From positions 62,001 through 126,000 of the forward strand of contig MCFE01000181.1 of the NCBI GenBank assembly GCA_002104905.1: 64,000 nt of DNA, read 5' to 3'. Made by a program: the position numbers and the translations under genes. Below the pieces are notes generated by a model. It worked only from the letters and a program-made list of their open reading frames with translations. It made no database searches and had not been told where the DNA came from. Positions 37,407-49,453 of this stretch are shown in pieces; the stretch's first letter is position 1, and each line of letters opens with the position of its first letter. This DNA is from Basidiobolus meristosporus CBS 931.73 (Eukaryota > Fungi > Basidiobolomycota).

Positions 37407-38831
37407 TGCTGAAATATTGAGCTGTTTGATACTATTCAATAGCTGATAATCTACTTGACAATTATGGTCTGGTCTTAGTCATTGCTGGGCTTATATAAAG
37501 CCCTAACTTTGACACTTTGTTTCAGATCATGATAGTATGAGTTTCCCATAGAGCAATGATCAAATCAGCTCTTATAAAAGCATTTTGTATCAATGATAAA
37601 ACTGTTGTGTTATGCTCCTAAATACTGAAAAGCTCTCCAAACTCAGTGATGCAGTTTTATTACTTCCACCAAGGTAAAAATACTGAGCTCCTTCTTGATT
37701 CAATAATAGCTTAACTATAGAAGCTACCTCTTAAAAAGTTCCTTCTATCCAAAACTTGTCTTAAATTGTAAGATACTATGAGCCCCAATTGCATTATTCC
37801 ACTTCAGAAATGACTTCTGCCACCAGACAAAAATCACAGACATTTTCCCTGTAATGTAGAAGCCCAATGTGAAGAACCACATATTTAGGAGAATCAAAAT
37901 GCCAATCAGAGAAAATCCAATAGTGCCATATGTAACAATGTGCATGATACCTTCATTGGGCAAATTTATAATCCACTACTGCCAAAGCAGCATGGGAAGC
38001 CCTTGTGAATATATTTGGGGTTGTGGTGGTATCTGTTGAAATATTGCACTATTTGGTATCATTTAGCAGCTAAAAAATAAACAATTCTAGACTAGTCTTG
38101 GTCACTGTAGGACTAATTTGCAGCCCCAACTTTGCCAGTTTCTTCACATCTATGACTCTGTGATTATTCCACTAAAGCGAAGATCAAATTAACTCTTTTT
38201 ACCAAACATTATGTACCAACCCTGAGACTGTTACAGAAAGATCTAGTATGTTAAGTAATTGTCCTTACATAGTGTTACAGCTGTATTGCCTCTACAAAGG
38301 CATAAATACTGATCTTCTTCATGAATAAACAATAGGTTAACTATTATCACTATATTGTGATAAATTCCTTATATCAGAATCACTACCTATATTGCAAGAG
38401 TATCAAGCATGCTTTGTTTAAAAAGAAAGCTCCTCATTATTAGGAGGACACTAGGGAATTACATGTTAGTAATCATTTACAAAATGGAGACACCTGCAGA
38501 CAAACTTGACAGTATCATTCCTTGTGTATAAGATGATGAAAAGCGACTCCATCTACCTTGCAGGGCACCAGATGAGTATAAGCCACTCATACTTTCTCAT
38601 CTAAGCGGAGAAGAATTTGACGTCAGACCATGGGAAGGGAAGACTCTATTTCCTAGCCCCAAAGCTGTTATACAATGCTCCTGAGTGTACCAAAGTTCCC
38701 CAAACTTAGTGCTACAGTATTAGTTCTATAAGGGTATAAATACTGATCCTGATTATTTTAAGGCACTGTTCAGTTATTAACACCACCACCTGATAAGTTT
38801 CTTACATTCAAAGCACTTTTATATTGGAACC
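37407..38831 (+). mobile_element. Degenerate, internally deleted Ty1/copia element (family 2)
   Basis: 5' LTR at 37407-37773, PBS-like CTATGAGCCC, gag remnant (..TAKAAWEALVNIFG) and partial 3' LTR at ~38640-38831. TSD CATTT/CATTA; the host transposase rejoins across it. Confidence 0.7.
38034..38399 (+). repeat. Solo LTR of copia family 2, nested in the gag of its own family
   Basis: Termini TGTTGAAAT..TGCAAGA and perfect 5-bp TSD GTATC. Confidence 0.8.
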
Positions 38832-39374
38832 CATTAGTATTATCAAGGCACTAGCACTACAAGCATCATCCCCTTCACAGATAATATACAGAAGTGAGTA
38901 TACAATTGCAGCAAAGTTGGCAAGCTATAAACTCTTGGCCAGAATATGGAATAACTGAATAACACCAAAGCTGATGACAGATGGAAACTTTTGGAGCAAA
39001 GACTTTGTACTGAGAGCAACTCAATTGTTCTTCACAATATTTCTGTACACATGACCAAGATGTACTTTGGGCATTTCAAGTTAAATGGGCTCTTTGAGAT
39101 ACCAGCAAGATTTGAAAGTACTGGTGAGATATTGTGCAGTGTTTGCAACCAAGGATTCTTTGTGCCAGCTCTAATCAACATCCACATGCTTATAAAATGA
39201 TACAAATGCAAGGACTTTATGGTGTCAGAGCAGACACCTGCAGGCAGTCTCACTATTGTTTGGGCCCAAGTCACTGTCCAGCCGGTATTGCTATCTGAAT
39301 TTATTACCAGATGAAATTTGCTGATTTCCAGCAGGTTGCTGGCACATGGCTATCATGTCAAAGCACCTATTATC

Positions 39375-39720
39375 AGACTTTTTATGCTGCAGAGCACCAC
39401 ATTGAGGCCATACATGCCAAGTGGAGCAATAGTGAGCCAGAGAGGCATGGCAGACCTAAACCTGGCCACTAAGTGTGAAACTCAGTACCAGCTCTTCATG
39501 CAACTCAGTACTTTTGTGTCACCTACAAAGCTGGAGAAAATCTGTTCTTTGACCTTTTTTTGGAATCAGTGCTAAGTAGAAGATGTTGGAGCACAGTAGG
39601 ACTGAAGGGATGCATATGGTACTCTATACAGAGAGCACTTTGAATTCAGCCCAGAGTATTGTAATATGTTACAAAAGTTCACGGCACCATCTTGGTCCAC
39701 TGGTACTATCTGGCATTGTA
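39375..39720. mobile_element. Diverged partial copy of the PHIS-family MITE
   Basis: AGACTT..CCACATTGAG start, CTGGCCAC..GTGTGAA internal match and GGCACCATCTTGGTCCACTGGTACTATCTGGCATT matching the MITE subterminal arm. No right TIR found. Confidence 0.55.
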
Positions 39721-40355
39721 TTTGAGTCTTAGCTCTGAAGTGAAACCTATACAAATTACTTGTAGTTCCAGAAATTTCAACAGCTGTCATAAAAAATTGT
39801 ATGCATAAATTCTGAAGGGAAAGAGGGGTCACTCCACTGACTGTGTGTACAACAGGATTGTGGTATAAGTTAAGCATATTTGCCTAGCCTTAAATAGCCA
39901 AAAGTCACAGAAATTCTAACCATCAGACAATTGCAATCCAAAGCTCTTGCAGCTTCTTGTATGTAGTCCACTGATCAGTATTGTACTTAGCCACATTGTT
40001 AATCTTTTGTAATTATGGGTTCTCAGGCTTTTGTAAGTGTATCCAGCCTTACTCCTCTATTTTGTTTTGAGCTTGCAAGCTTGAGTCTGTCCCCGCAAAC
40101 TAAATCTTCCAGGATATTCCCTTGATTGTCCACTAGTTGGTAAATTTGCAAATGGACATCATCTGATGATCTTGAGAGGTCCCTTCCATTGTTACTCAAA
40201 CTTCTTTCAGCTATTGTTTCCCAGCAATACAAAGTTCCCAACTCTCAGTGATTCTGGTGATATAGTCTTATCAAATCTCTCCTTCAACTTTTCTGCACTT
40301 TGAGATACTTTGGCCTGTGCCTCTTAACATTTTTGTTCCAGCTGCTGGTGTCTAC

Positions 40356-43300
40356 TGTTACAAGTCTTGGTATAAGAGTTATAGAGGAATAGGGAGTTTA
40401 GCTAGTATTGTATTCACTAAAACTTGAACTGATTTTTATTGAGGTTCCAGCAGCTCCTTATATACATTTTGCCAGATCAATTGCTGACTAATTGTATTTC
40501 CTAATGTAGGTTGTGGCTGATGACTCATTTGATTGCATCATCATCACCCAATAAGATCCTACTTAATATATCTATTTCTGTCTGATAAGGATCTGCTGAT
40601 TCATTTGCTGACTAATGCTACTGATTTCATAGATAATACTGATACACTGATAACCTAAACATATACTAATTGATTTGACTAAAAACTGATCTAACTTAAA
40701 CATTCAAGCGGCAGATCATAACATTCTCCCCTACTAAAGTTGAGAGGGTTCTCCTGAATCTCTTTTCTTGTGATACCAATATCTTGCTGGTTCAGTATTA
40801 TCAGCAAGTCTTGCACGCTTGAGTCTGTCCCTATGCACTAAGTCATCCCAGATATTACCTTGTTTGTCCACCAGTTGGTAAGTTGCAAATGGACATTCTC
40901 TGATGATCTTGAATGGTCCTGTCCATTGTGGCTCAAACTTCTGCCAAGTGTTGTTTCTTAGCAATACAAAGTTCCCAACTGTCAATACTTCTGGTGCTAT
41001 AGTCTTATCAAATCTCTGCTTCATCTTTTCTGCACTTTGAGATACTTTGGTCTGTGCCTCTTGACATATTGGTTCCAGTTGCTGGTGTCTACTTGGCTGA
41101 CTGAGTTCATCTTCTAAGGTGTCTGTAAGCTTTGGTTGTGTGAGATCTCCTGGAATTCTTGGTTCACATCCATAAGCTAAGTAAAATGGTGATTGCTGGG
41201 TGGTGTTGTGTACTCTGACTCTGCATGCAAAGAGTGCTTGGTCTATATACTCATCCCATCTACTGACAACTCCATTTGCATACTTGGTCAGCATTTTTCC
41301 AAATAATCCATTAAACCGCTCAGTGACTCCATTAGTTCAGGGGTGATATGCCGAGGTTTTCAAGTGTCTGATCTGCTGCATTTCCAGGCAAGCCTCTAAT
41401 GTCTTTGCCATAAAGTTTGCACCTCTATTGGATAAGATCTCCACAGGGCATCCAAACTTCATCAGGATCTCATGGTAAATGAAACTTGCAACTTCTTGTT
41501 CACTGGCTATTGGTAAAGCTTTAGCAACTGGCCATTTAGTGGCATGGTCAATAGCTACTAGGATCCAATGGTTGCATTTCCTGGTAGTTGGCAGTCTTTC
41601 AATAAAGTCAATTCCCCATCTCTCAAATGGTCTTGCAGGCTCCAAAGAGAAGTGTTCGGCAATTCTTTGTGGCTGGCTTTGATTGATTTGGCAGTTTGGG
41701 CATGTTTTCACTAGCTTCTCAATATCTTGTTTTATTCTGGGCCACTATGCTCTGGCTTTCACAAGGCTATAGGTTCCTTCAATCCCAAGATGTCCATATC
41801 CATTGTGTAGCTTATGTATTAAATCCAGGCGAGCAACATAAGGACAATAGGCAATAGGGCTTCCATCAACAATTTGGTAGAGTGTTTCATCCTGTACAAC
41901 AAATTTGCTGGCTTCATCACGGATTATCTTCTTGATATCTTCATCCACCTCATTAGGAATGGCTTGGTCCTCCAAGTACTTTGGTAATAGGCTAGGCCAA
42001 TCTGATTCATGCCCCAAGTTGAGTTGTACAACTTGATCTAATCTTGATAAGGCATCAGCAGCCGTGTTGGTTTTTCCAGGGCAGTAGACAATCTCCAAGT
42101 CAAATTGCTGAATGTATTCACTCCATCTTGTCATTCTTCTAGAGAGTACCTTCTGAGTAAATATATAGTTGAGGGAGGCATGATCAGTCTTCACAGTGCA
42201 TTTGGCTCCTTCAATATAGCATCTCAATGTCTTCAAACAGTGTATTATAGCAAGCATCTCCTTCTCATGGACTGGATAGTTTTGTTCTGCTGAGTTCAGT
42301 TTCTTGGATTCAAAGGCAACAGGGTAGTCCTTTCCCTTGTGTTCTTGGCTCAGCACTCCACCAATTGCATAATCTGAAGCATCTGTGCACAGAGTGAACT
42401 CTTTTCTGAAGTCTGGTATTCTTAGGCTTGGCAGCTTAGCAAGTTCATTCTTGAGCATCTGGAAGGCAGTCTCACAAGCTATGTCCCACTTGTAGGTATT
42501 GTCTTTCTTGAGGATATCAGTTAAAGGGGCTGCAATACTTGCAAAAGACTTGACAAATCTCCAATATTAGGGAACCATTCCAAGGAATGATCTGAGTACT
42601 GGTATGCTATGGGGCTGCTTCAAATTCTTGATAACTTCCGCCTTCTTTGGGTCTAAGGTTACTCCTGTGCTAGTCACTATGTGTCCCAGGTATTCAACGT
42701 GCTCCTTGAAGAGTTCACACTTGGCTAGCTTGCCATATAGCTTGTTCTCTCTTAGTTTCTTCAAGACCTTTTCAGTGTGCACTACGTGATCCTCTCTGTC
42801 TTGCTGTATATCAATATGTCATCCAGGTAGATTATTACAAACTTCTCTAAGTACTCCTGAAAGAGAGTCTGCATCAGTGTCATGAATGTTGCAGGGGCAT
42901 TGGTGAGGCCAAAACTCATGACTAAGTACTTGTAATGTCCATATCTGGTCCTGAATGCTGTCTTGGGGATGTCTTCTGGCTTCACCCTAATCTGGTTGTA
43001 TCATGACATGAGGTCAATCTTGCTGAAAATAGTGGCTCCATTAAGTTGGTCTAAAAGCTCATCAATCCAAGGTATGGGGTACTTATTCTTGACGGTAACT
43101 GAGTTCAGGGCTCTGTAGTCAATGCACATCCTAAGTGTTCCATCCTTTTTTTTCACAAAAAGCACTGGTGCTCCCCAGGGTAACTTGCTGGGCCTGATGT
43201 ATCCTTGCTCCAATAGCTGATCAATTTGTCTCTTCATTTCCTCCAATTCTAATGGACTCATTCTGTAAGGTGTCTTGCTCACTGGAGGGCTATCTCCTGT

Positions 43301-45292
43301 GTCAATGGCATGTTCCACGTCTCTGACTGGTGGTAGACTTAAAAGCTCATCTGGGAACACGTCTGAATATTTCTTCAAGAGAGTCTGGACCTGCTGGGGT
43401 GCTGGGGTAGAGGAATCCTCCTGTAATACCGCCATGAGGAACATCTTGGTACCTTTTCTAAGTGCTCTACAGAACTGGGTCTTGCTAAGTTCACTTCTCT
43501 CACACACACTGGAATTGACCAAGTTGAAATCCAGCATGGCAGGTAATAGCTCATAGGTCTTGTTGTCTTTTTGGATCTGAGTAGCATGGGTTCTCCAGTT
43601 GATTGATGGATTACAACAAAATAGCCAGATTTTTCCAAGTACAAGGTCAGACTTGCAGTTCCCAAATATATAAGCCTGTAGGTCTTCTTCATAGTCATTG
43701 ATCTTCATTCTTATTGGCTGGGTAATACGGTTGATTATGTGGGAGTTCCCATCAGCTGTGGAAACTGAAGGTGATTTGGTAGGTTCCGAGTTGATTCCAG
43801 CTTTCAAAGCAAATTGCTCTGACATGTACTCATGCAATGCTCCTGAGTCAATCATGATCTTGGCAGGTACTCCATTGATTACTCCATTCAAGTACAATAA
43901 CTTCCCTGAGTTTGAAGTCATTTGAGACAAGTACTCTTCTGTCATATGGAAGGTGAGTTCCAAGTCTTCTTCAAGCTCATCTTCCACATTACTGTGTTCA
44001 TGGGACTCAATATGGTTGAAGGTTCTTGTTGGCTGGTGTCCATTTCTTCTCTGAGGGCAGTACTTTGCAATATGTCCCTGCTGGTGGCAATTGAAGCAAA
44101 GTCCTCTCTTCTTGCATTCTTCTGAGGAGGGATTCTTCTGCATAGCGTCTATATCCATTGGTACTGCTTCTGATTGTCTTCTTTCATAATGATTATAGCC
44201 TTTCTGATTAGCCACTGTAGGCTTCCCCACTCCAAACATAGCTGAGTCATAGTCAATGGCAATTTTGATGGCTTCTTCAATAGTCTGAGGTCTTTGGTAA
44301 TTGACTTCCTTGCAAGTTCTTTCTTTCAACCCATCAATAAAGTATTCAACTTGATCCAAGGGGTCCATTCTTTCAATTTGTCCTAGTAGACATCTGTACT
44401 CATAGATGTATTCTTGCACCATTCCTTTCTGTCTGAGTGTCTTTAACTTCCTTCTTAGTAGTGTCTGCTGGTGTGGAGGTTCAAAAGCATCCTGAACTTC
44501 TGACACAAACTCATCCCAGGTAGAGATTGTAGAGCATCCCATCATAGTAGCTGACCTGATCTTGTTGTGGTACCACTGTAAGGCTGCATCTGCCAGGTAA
44601 GAAGCTGCATAATGCAACTTGCTCTCTGGAGCAATTCCTTTAGCTTTAAAAGCTTCTTCAATCTGAAATAGCCAAGTTCCCAGGTTTTCATTGACTCTGC
44701 CATGGTACCAGTTGACCTTCACACTAAAGTTGCTCTTGACAGGGCTTTGCTGGCTCTGAGCCATGGTAGTCATTCCTTGTTGCTGTTGGCTGAGGATCTG
44801 GAGTAGCTGTTGCTATTGGGCCAGGATTTGCGGCATGGCATTCTTCCATTCTTGATTGTCCGACATCTTGAGGGTGGTTTCTTCTTTCTTCAGGAGGGAG
44901 GTTTCTGGTTATCGCTGCTACCAATGTTACAAGTCTTGGTATAAGAGTTGTAGAGGAATAGGGAGTTTAGCTAGTATTGTATTCACTAAAACTTGAACTG
45001 ATTTTTATTGAGGTTCCAGTAGCTCCTTATATACATTTTGCCAGATCAATTGCTGACTAATTGTATTTCCTAATGTAGGTTGTGGCTGATGACTCATTTG
45101 ATTGCATCATCATCACCCAATAAGATCCTACTTAATATATCTATTTCTGTCTGATAAGGATCTGCTGATTCATTTGCTGACTAATGCTACTGATTTCATA
45201 GATAATACTGATACACTGATAACCTAAACATATACTAATTGATTTGACTAAAAACTGATCTAACTTAAACATTCAAGCGGCAGATCATAACA
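40356..45292 (-). mobile_element. Ty3/gypsy copy G1, full length; gag-pol broken by 4 stops and 1 frameshift
   Basis: 368-bp LTRs at 40356-40723 and 44925-45292 with only 2 differences seen. 4-bp TSD CTAC, PBS TGGTAGCAGCG and PPT AGTAGGGGAGAA. Gag, PR, RT, RH and IN fragments span 44773-40734. Confidence 0.95.
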
Positions 45293-48200
45293 CTACTTGG
45301 CTGACTGAGTTCATCTTCTAAAGTGTCTGTAATCTTTGGTTGTGGGATATCTCCTGGACTTCTTGGTTCATATCTATACACTAAGTAAAATGGTGATTGT
45401 TGGGTGGTGTTGTCTACTCTAGCTCTGCATGCAAAAAGTGCTTGGTGTATATAATCATCCCATCTACTAACAGCACCACTTGCATACTTGGTCAGCATTT
45501 TCCCAAATAATCCATTAAACCATGCAGTGACCCCATTAGTTCTAGGGTGATATGTTATGTTTTTCTAGTGTCCAATTTGCTGCATTTCAGGTAAGCTTCT
45601 AATGACTTTGCCATAAAGTTTGCTCCTCTATTGGTTAGAATCTTTACAGGGCATCCAGACTTCATAAGGATCTCATGGTAGATAAAATTTGCAACTTCTT
45701 GTTCACTGGCTACAGCTACTGCTTTAGCCACTAGCCATTTTGCGGCATGGTCAATTGCTACTAGGATCCACGGTTGCATTTCCTGGCAGTTGGCAGTCTT
45801 CCAATAAAGTCAATTTCCCATCTTTCAAATGGTCTTACTGGCTCCAAGGGAAAGGGTCTGGTAATCCTCTGTGGTTAGCATTGGTTGATCTGGCAATTTG
45901 GGCATGTTTTTACTAGCTTCTAAATGTCTTGTTTCATTCTGGGCCAACATGCTCTGGCTTTCACAAGGCTATAGGTTCCTTCAATTCCAGGATGTCCATA
46001 TCCACTGTGTAGCTTATGCATTAAATCCAGGTGAGCAACAACAGGGCAATAGGCAATAGGGCTTCCATCAACAATTTGGTAGAGTGTTTCATCCTGTACC
46101 ACAAATTTGCTGGCTTCATCCTGGAATATCTTCTTGATCTCTTCATCCACCTCATTAGTAATGGCTTGGTCCTCCAAGTACTTTAGTAATAAGCTAGGCC
46201 AGTCTGAATCATGCACCAAGTTAAGTTGTGCAACTTGTCCTAATTTTGATAAGGCATCAGCAATTGTGTTATTTTCCCAGGGTAGTAGACAATCTCCAAA
46301 TCAAATTGCTGAATGTATTCACCCCTTCTGGTCATTCTTCTGGGGAATACCTTCTGAGTAAATATATACTTGAGGGGGGCATGAGCAGTCTTCACTGTGT
46401 ATTTCACTCCTTCAATACAGCATCTCCATGTCTTCAAGCAGTGTATTATAGCAAGCATCTCCTTCTCATGCACTGGATATTTTTTTTCTGCTGAGTTCAG
46501 TTTCTTGGATTCAAAGGCAACTGGGTAGTCCTTTTCCTTGTGTTGTTGGCTCAACACTCCACAGATTGCATAATCTGAAGCATCTGTGCACAGAGTAAAC
46601 ACTTTTCTGAAGTCAGGTATTCTTAAGCTTGGCAGCTTATCAGGTTCATTCTTGAGCATCTGGAAGGCAGACTCACAAGCTATGTCCCAATTGTAGGTAT
46701 TGTCTTTCTTGAGGATATCAGTTAAAGGGGCGCAATACTTGCAAAGAACTTGACAAATCTCCAATAATAGGAAACCATTTCTAGGAATGATCTGAGCTCC
46801 AATGTGCTATGGGGCTGCCTCAGATTCTTAATAACTTCAACCTTCTTAGTGTCTAAAGTCACTTCTGAGTTGGTCACTATGTGTCCCAGACATTCAATGT
46901 GTTCCTTGAAGAGCTCACACTTGGCTAGCTTGCCATAAAGTTTCTTCTCTCTTAGCTTCTTCAAGACCTTTTCAATGTGCACCATGTGATCCTCTTCTGT
47001 CTTGCTGTATATCAATATGTCATCTAGGTAGATTATCACAAACTTGTCCAAGTACTCCTAGAAGACAGTATGCATAAGGGTCCTGAATGTTGCAGGGGAA
47101 TTGGTGAGGCCAAAACTCATGAATAAGCCCTTGTAATGTCCAAATCTGGTCCTGAGTGCTGCCTTAAGGATGTCCTGTTGCTTGACCCTGATCTGGTTGT
47201 ATCCTGACATGAGGTCAATCATGCTGAGAATTGTGGCTCCATTAAGTTGGTCAAAAAGCTCATCAATCTGAGGTATTCATATTCTTCATAGTAGCTGAGT
47301 TGAGAGCTCTGTAGACACTACACATCCTAAGTGTTCCATCCTTCTTCTTCATAAAAAGTACTGGTGCTCCCCAAGGTGACTTGCAGGGTCTGATAGATCC
47401 TTGTTCCAATAACTGATCTATTTGTCTCTTCATCTCTTCCAACTCCAGTGGACTCATTCTGTAAGGGGTCTTACTCACTGAAGGGCAATCTCCTGTGTTA
47501 ATGGCATGATCCATGTCTCTGACTGGTGGTAGGCTTACAAGTTCATCTGAAATATGTCTGAATATTCCTTCAAAAGAGTCTGGACTTTCTGGGGTACTGA
47601 AGTAGAGGAATCCTCCTGTGACACTGCCATGACAAACATCTGGGTGCCTTCTCTTAGTGCTCTACATAACTGTGTCTGGCTAAGTTCACTTGTTTTACAC
47701 ACCCTGGAATTAACCAAGTTGAAATCCAGCCTGGCAGGTAATAACGCTTAGGTCTTGTTGTCCTTCAGGATCCAAGTAGCATGGGTTCTCTGGTTGATTG
47801 ATGGATTACAACAAAATAGCCAGGTTTTTCCATGTAAAAGGTCAAACTTGCAGTTCCCAAGTACATAAGCCTGTAGGTCTTCTTCATAGTCATTGATCTT
47901 CATGCTTACTGGCTGAGTAATATGGTTAATTATGTGAGATTTCCCATCAGCTATTGAAACTGAAGTTGATTTGGTGGGTTACAAGTTAATTCCTGTTTTC
48001 AAAGCAAATTGCTCTGATATGTACTCATGCAATGCTCCTGAAACAACCATGATCTTGGCAGGTACCCCATTGATTACCCCATTCAAATATAATAGCTTTC
48101 CTGAGTTTGAAGTCATCTGCAATAGGTATTCTTCTATCATATGGAAGGTGAGCTCTGAGTCTTCTTCAAGTTCATCTTCCACATTACTTTGCTCAAGGGC

Positions 48201-48317
48201 CTCAATATGGCTGAAGGTTCTTGATGGCTGGTGTCCATTTCTTCTCTGAGGGTAGTACTTTGCAATATGTCCCTGTTGGTGGCAATGGAAGCAAAGTCCT
48301 TGCTTGTTACATTCTTC

Positions 48318-48685
48318 TGCTGAAATACTGGACTATTGGTATCATTCTGCAGCTAAAAATTTACTTAACAATTCTGGACTAGTCTTGGTCACTGTGGGAC
48401 TAATTTACAGCTCTAACTTTGCCGCTTTCTTCAGATCTATGATCTCAAGATAATTCCCCTATAGTCATGATCAAATTAGCACTAATACTAACTATTATGT
48501 ACTAACCCTGAAACTGTTACAGAATGCTCCTGAATATTGATAAACCCTCCTTACTTAGTGTTACAGCTGTATAACTTCTACAAAGGTATAAATACTGAGC
48601 TTCTTTATTAATAAACAACAGTTCAACTATTATCACTATTTCTTGATAAGTTCCTTATATCCAAATCACTTCTTAAATTGCAACA
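48318..48685 (+). repeat. Solo LTR of copia family 2, inserted in the G2 gag zinc-knuckle region
   Basis: Termini TGCTG..CAACA, 368 bp, perfect 5-bp TSD TCTTC. Confidence 0.85.
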
Positions 48686-49453
48686 TCTTCTAAGGTGGGA
48701 TTAATCTGCATAGCATCTATTTCCATTGGCACTGCTTCTGATTGTCATCCTTCATAATGCTCGTAGCCTCTTTGATTGATCATTGTGGGCTTCCCAACTC
48801 CAAACATAGCTGAGTTGTAGTCAATGGCAATCTTGATGGCTTCTTCAATAGTGTTGGGTCTCTTATAAGTCACTTCCTTGCAAGTTCTTTCTTTCAACCC
48901 ATCAATAAAGTATTTCACTGGATCAAGTGGGTCCATTCTTTCAATTTGTCCAAGTAGACATCTATATTCATAGATGTACTTTTAAGCTATTCCTTTCTGT
49001 CTGAGTGTCTTCAACTTTCTTATTAGTAATGTCTGCTAGTGTGGAGGTTCAAAAGCATCATGAATTTCCAACACAAACTCATGACAGGTAGAGATTGTAG
49101 GGCATCCTATCATGGTGGCTGACTTGATCTTGTTGTTGTACCATTTTAAAGCTGCATCTGCCAGGTAAGAGGCTGCATAATGTAACTTGCTTTCTGAAGC
49201 AATTCCCTTAGCCTTAAAAGCTTTTTCAATCTGAAAGAGCCAAGTTCCCAGGTTTTCATTGACTCCACCATGGTACCAGTTGACCTTCATACCAAAGTTG
49301 CTCTTGACAGGGTTTTGCTGGCTTTGGACCATGGTAGTCATTCCCTATTGCTGCTGGCTAAGGATCTAGAGTAACTGTTGCTGTTGGGCCAGGAATAGCT
49401 GCATAGCATTTGTCCATTCTTGATTTTTGGACATCATGAGGGAGACTTCTTCT

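Larger units (their letters stand above)
35888..39374 (+). mobile_element. Old CMC/EnSpm transposase relic (copy 6), interrupted by copia LTRs
   Basis: Tnp2-collinear pieces at ~35890-36217, 36586-37406 and 38832-39300 (e.g. LDEFCVLSSRTFVDGSHVKAYITICIAD, CCSLCEMQGIYSITHTH). Confidence 0.65.
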
